Both the position numbers and the translations under genes were made by a program. DNA of 64,000 bases from Podarcis vaucheri (Eukaryota), in NCBI GenBank assembly GCA_965113315.1, contig OZ220372.1. One strand, given 5' to 3'. Below are positions 60,249 through 64,000 of this stretch, in pieces (the first letter of the stretch is position 1; each line of letters begins with the position of its first letter). Under the pieces are notes generated by a model. The model ran no database searches, was not told the DNA's origin, and was given only the letters and a program-made list of their open reading frames with translations.

Positions 60249-60626
60249 TGTCCCATTAAACTTTAATTAGTTTAATGCTTATCAAATGTCCAGTGCGCTT
60301 CCGATGCCACAATGTCCCATTACAGCAGAGCATTTCGCACAGCGGCTCAAGAAGGGCTGGAGAGTCAGCATCTTTTCAATAAAGGAATCTTGGAGCAAGC
60401 GGTTTGGAACTCAAATAAAAGGTTTATTTACACAAAACAAAAACCCTGGTGAAGAATCACACATTTCAGCAAACACGCCCCAAAAGAAAAAGGGGGAAGG
60501 GAAGGGGCAGGCACACGAGTGAGTTGACTATTTATACAAACTCACATTCCTGGAAGCCTAACGACCTCCAGCTGCTCAGTGATTAGAGCGTCTTGATTAG
60601 AGCTTCTTAACCCTTTAATACCAACA
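60249..60626 (-). repeat. 5' LTR of the copia element (378 bp)
   Basis: Minus strand begins TGTTGGTATT and ends AATGGGACA. TATAAA at 60531-60536 and AATAAA at 60423-60428 on the element strand. Followed directly by the PBS. Confidence 0.96.
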
Positions 60627-61878
60627 AGTTGTAACACACAGAGTTAAGCACTGTTACAATGGCTCTTGTCTCTAAGTGACGGTATATACTGTCTCCACCT
60701 TAACCACCTAGAACTACAGTTCCCATTATCTTGCTGACTGGGGCTGATGGAAGTTGGAGTCCAACAACATCTGAAGGGCCATATATTGCCTATCCCTGAC
60801 CTTGTCTATAAATCCCTGACCTATAGAATATTGTCACTAAGCAGTTATCCACACCTAGCACCAAAAACTCAGGTGAGCTAAAGGAAGTTCTTCTTCTCAG
60901 TGTCTGTTTTGATTTAAGATTATTCTGGACTTCCAAGAAATCAGGACAACCTGGAAAAATATTGCAGAGCCAATCTAAGGATGTCCGATATACAGTACCT
61001 TGCTCATCTACATAACTCCCTGCTAGACCCTAATATTACTCCACCCTTTGCAGTGATGGGTGTACTGGAGGGGGGAATCTCCTTTTCCTTCCCTCTCTGT
61101 CACTCCATTGTGCTTGATAACAGCTTTGGGGAGTAGGGAATAGTGACGAGAGATGTGTCTGGGGATTTTGAAAACATGAGTCAGGAGAATTTTGGAGCTT
61201 GTGAAGTACAAGTTTGGAAGTGAACTTCTGACAAGACACACTGTTTATTTCCCAGCTTGGCTTAGGAAAACTTCACTGGCATCTCTGCTTCCCTTACATG
61301 TGGCATCCTTCATTAGAATAATGGAAGGTAGGATTGAGCTTGTTCCTTGCTAAGTGACTAGACAGAATACTGTCCGAACATACTGCTTTGTATTTTTGGA
61401 TCTACACGGGCAACAGTTGACTGTAGAAAAAAGGCTGGGAGGCCTGGCCAAATAGTGGCCCACATGCTTACTAAATGGCATACACAGAATTTGGGCAAAT
61501 CCTAAATTGGTCGTGTGGCAAGTCCATTGATCCGAATGCATCGTAAATGCATTTACAAGACTGGGTTGTCCATAGATAACTAGCACGGGTGACTCAAACA
61601 AGTATTCCTCAAACAAGTGGGAAAAACACACCGTTTTGTGAGTCATGGTGTCTTTAAGTGCATATTATGCAAGATAGATTATATACTCAGCTTTAAATTG
61701 AGAAACGACAAGGATTAACATTTTATTGCATCAGATAAAATATTGCATTCAATTAAGAACCTAAGAAGAGCCTGCTGGGTCATGCTAATGGCTCACCTTG
61801 TGCACCATCCTGTTGTCACAGTAGGCAACCAGATGCCCGTGGGAAACACAAGCCGTACCTGATCACAGAGGTGCAGCA

Positions 61879-62137
61879 CCGTATTTTTCGCTCTATAAGA
61901 CGCACCAGACCACAAGACGCACCTAGTTTTTGGAGGAGGAAAACAAGAAAAAAAATATTCTGAATCTCAGAAGCCAGAACAACAAGAGGGATCACTGTGC
62001 AGTGAAAGCAGCAATCCCTTTTGCTGTTCTGGCTTCTGGGATAGCTGCGCAGCCTGCATTCGCTCCATAAGATGCACACGCATTTCCCCTTATTTTTTAG
62101 GAGGGAAAAAGTGAGTCTTATAGAGCAAAAAATATGG
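61879..62137. mobile_element. pogo/mariner-like MITE with CCGTATTTTT termini
   Basis: CCGTATTTTTCGCTCTATAAGAC / GTCTTATAGAGCAAAAAATATGG, with TA on the right. Confidence 0.85.
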
Positions 62138-62247
62138 TACTTTCTCTGTTTGTGAACCCCGGCAACAGATTTTCAGAAGCATTTGCTGCCTCTGTCCACT
62201 AAGGCAGAGCATAGCCATAATGGCTAGTTGTCATTGATCACCTATCC

Positions 62248-62579
62248 CAGGGGTCTGCAACCTTTAAGACAAAAAGAGCCACTTGGACCCGTTTTCGAGG
62301 AAAAAAAAACCTGGGAGCCGCAAAACCATTGCGACATTTAAAACAAATATATCTCCGGAGCCGCGATCTGACAGCGGGTGGGAAGGTGACGTCGGGACGG
62401 TGCGTGACTAACGCACGCACCGCCCCCATGCGATGTCACAGCCAGTACAGCGCCCGCCACAGTGGGGAGTGTCGGGGCGCACAATGCGCCTCCTCCCCTC
62501 GCTAGTATCCGCCCCGGAGCCGCGGCAAAGGTGTAAAAGAGCCACATGCGGCTCCGGAACCGCGGGTTGCAGACCCCTG
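62248..62579. mobile_element. hAT (Charlie-like) non-autonomous element
   Basis: Perfect TIR CAGGGGTCTGCAACC / GGTTGCAGACCCCTG; 8-bp TSD ACCTATCC (62240-62247, 62580-62587). Confidence 0.93.
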
Positions 62580-62691
62580 ACCTATCCTCAGTGAATTTGG
62601 GTAAGCCTCTTTAAAGCTATTCAAGTTAGTGGCCATTGCTACCTCCTGCAGGAGCAAGTTCCATAGTTTATTTATATTCTATAGATTAAGC

Positions 62692-62827
62692 CAGGCTTCC
62701 TCAACCTCGACCCTCCAGATGTTTTTGGCCTACAACTCCCATGATCCCTAGCTAGCAGGACCAGTGGTCAGGGATGATGGGAATGGTAGTCTCAAAACAT
62801 CTGGAGGGCTGAGGTTGAGGAAGCCTG
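62692..62827. mobile_element. Palindromic hAT-type MITE
   Basis: CAGGCTTCCTCAACCTC / GAGGTTGAGGAAGCCTG; 8-bp TSD GATTAAGC (62684-62691, 62828-62835). Confidence 0.93.
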
Positions 62828-64000
62828 GATTAAGCATACTATTATTCACAATGCGATTCTAAACATTTTATAAAGAAGCCCCATTTTGTTCCATGGGATT
62901 TACTCCCATATATATAGGGTTGCAGTTGTACAGTGCAATCCTATATATGTTCACTCTGAATTAAGTCCAAAAGGCTTGCTCCCAGTCAAGCAATGTGCTT
63001 GATGCATCTTCCCATCTCTTCTGTTTCTCTGTGAAAGTTACTAAGATGAATGGCTTGCAAAGCAAAACAAAAGCTTGCCTGCTGGTTCATCTCTCTCCTT
63101 CCTGAAACATCAAATGCCATTCCCATTTAAGCATTGCATTTGGCCCAAACGATCCCATGTTATCTCCCTTCGAACTTGGCAGGGGATGATTTACATGAGC
63201 AGCATGTACGTAACATCTGGTTGGGAAGGGTAGCTGAATAACTTTGTGCAGTAGAGGCATGAAATGAAAATGGCAAGCTAGTGTACATAATTTGGGGCTC
63301 AAGGGCCCAGTTTTTTTCCTGAGCAAATCTGGCTTGGCAGATCTGACAAAAAAAATAGTGCCAGCTTGAGACATGTTAATGTGGGCAAATATAATCAGCT
63401 CCCAATTTTAAGTTAGACTAATTCAAACAATGGGCAGATGCTGTTGGAAGACAGCAGAGTCATTTCCCATTTAATCAAACTATAGACTCGAACAGTACTT
63501 TACTAGCAATGACAGCCTTGCTCAGTGGTACACCTAAGCTTTAAAGGCAATTCAGGAGCTCCACTTATGGCACAGGCAGTAGATGCCAGGAGGTAAGAGA
63601 GGCACACTACTGAGCCATCTCAGCTTTCGAAAGGTAATTCTGAAAGGCCGTTCTTGTAGAGCAAGGAGAGCAGCTAACTCTTCACAATGAAAGAAACTTC
63701 ACATATGAGAGATTAGGCTTAAAAATAAGAGCAAACAATCTCAGAAGGATATCTTAGAATGCCATCAAGGGATGGCAGCTGTGTTCCATTTTTAGGATAT
63801 CAAGTTAACAAACGTTATGCTTTCAACAGTAGTAAAATAATAATGCAGAAAGCACTATTTCCCTCCTCTAGATCCAGCATCTTACAATACACATGGCTTC
63901 CTCCTCCTCCATGCAGGCAGGTTGTCATTTATCTTCTGATGTCTTCCTTTCCATAGCATAGATTCATTCATGGGTATAGTCAGCACTATGTGCTGATTTA

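Larger units (their letters stand above)
55427..60626 (-). mobile_element. Full-length Ty1/copia LTR retrotransposon
   Basis: Two 378-bp direct repeats with TG...CA ends (55427-55804, 60249-60626). 5-bp TSD AGTTG at 55422-55426 and 60627-60631. PBS-like GGTTATGG next to the 5' LTR and PPT next to the 3' LTR. Single internal ORF in copia domain order PR-IN-RT-RH. Confidence 0.98.
61753..62670 (-). mobile_element. Old CR1-tailed repeat (Squam3/CR1-like 3' region) split by two DNA elements
   Basis: TAAGAACCTAAGAAGAGCCTGCTGG tail; continuation CATAGCCATAATGGCTAG..ATTGAT and CTATCCTC..GAATTTG..CCTCTTTAAAGC. Confidence 0.7.

Noticed and set aside
1-64000. CRISPR array or other prokaryotic system
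   Set aside because: No regularly spaced repeat-spacer array or operon-like gene density; the repeat content is vertebrate.

Overview
Eukaryotic, repeat-rich DNA from a squamate reptile, probably a lacertid-type lizard (inferred from Sauria SINEs, Bov-B/RTE, CR1, L2, L1 and Penelope-like repeats). No host protein-coding exon can be recognised. A CpG island of about 2.5 kb (~16990-19510) with a good + strand splice donor at 17666/17667 suggests the 5' end of an unidentified gene whose long first intron may cover the rest of the window. The outstanding feature is a complete Ty1/copia LTR retrotransposon on the minus strand (55427-60626). It has two 378-bp LTRs that read as identical, a 5-bp TSD (AGTTG), a polypurine tract and one uninterrupted 1381-aa Gag-PR-IN-RT-RNaseH ORF. 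Its primer-binding site is an unusually short half-tRNA-iMet type, and its RT motif is FVDD. Other notable items are a Penelope-like inverted repeat carrying most of a minimal hammerhead ribozyme, a 34-bp-stem hairpin of pre-miRNA size, a 5'-inverted Bov-B insertion and several multi-layer TE nests. Nearly all short ORFs in the ORF track are spurious. Repeat family names are assigned from recalled consensus features, not from a database search.
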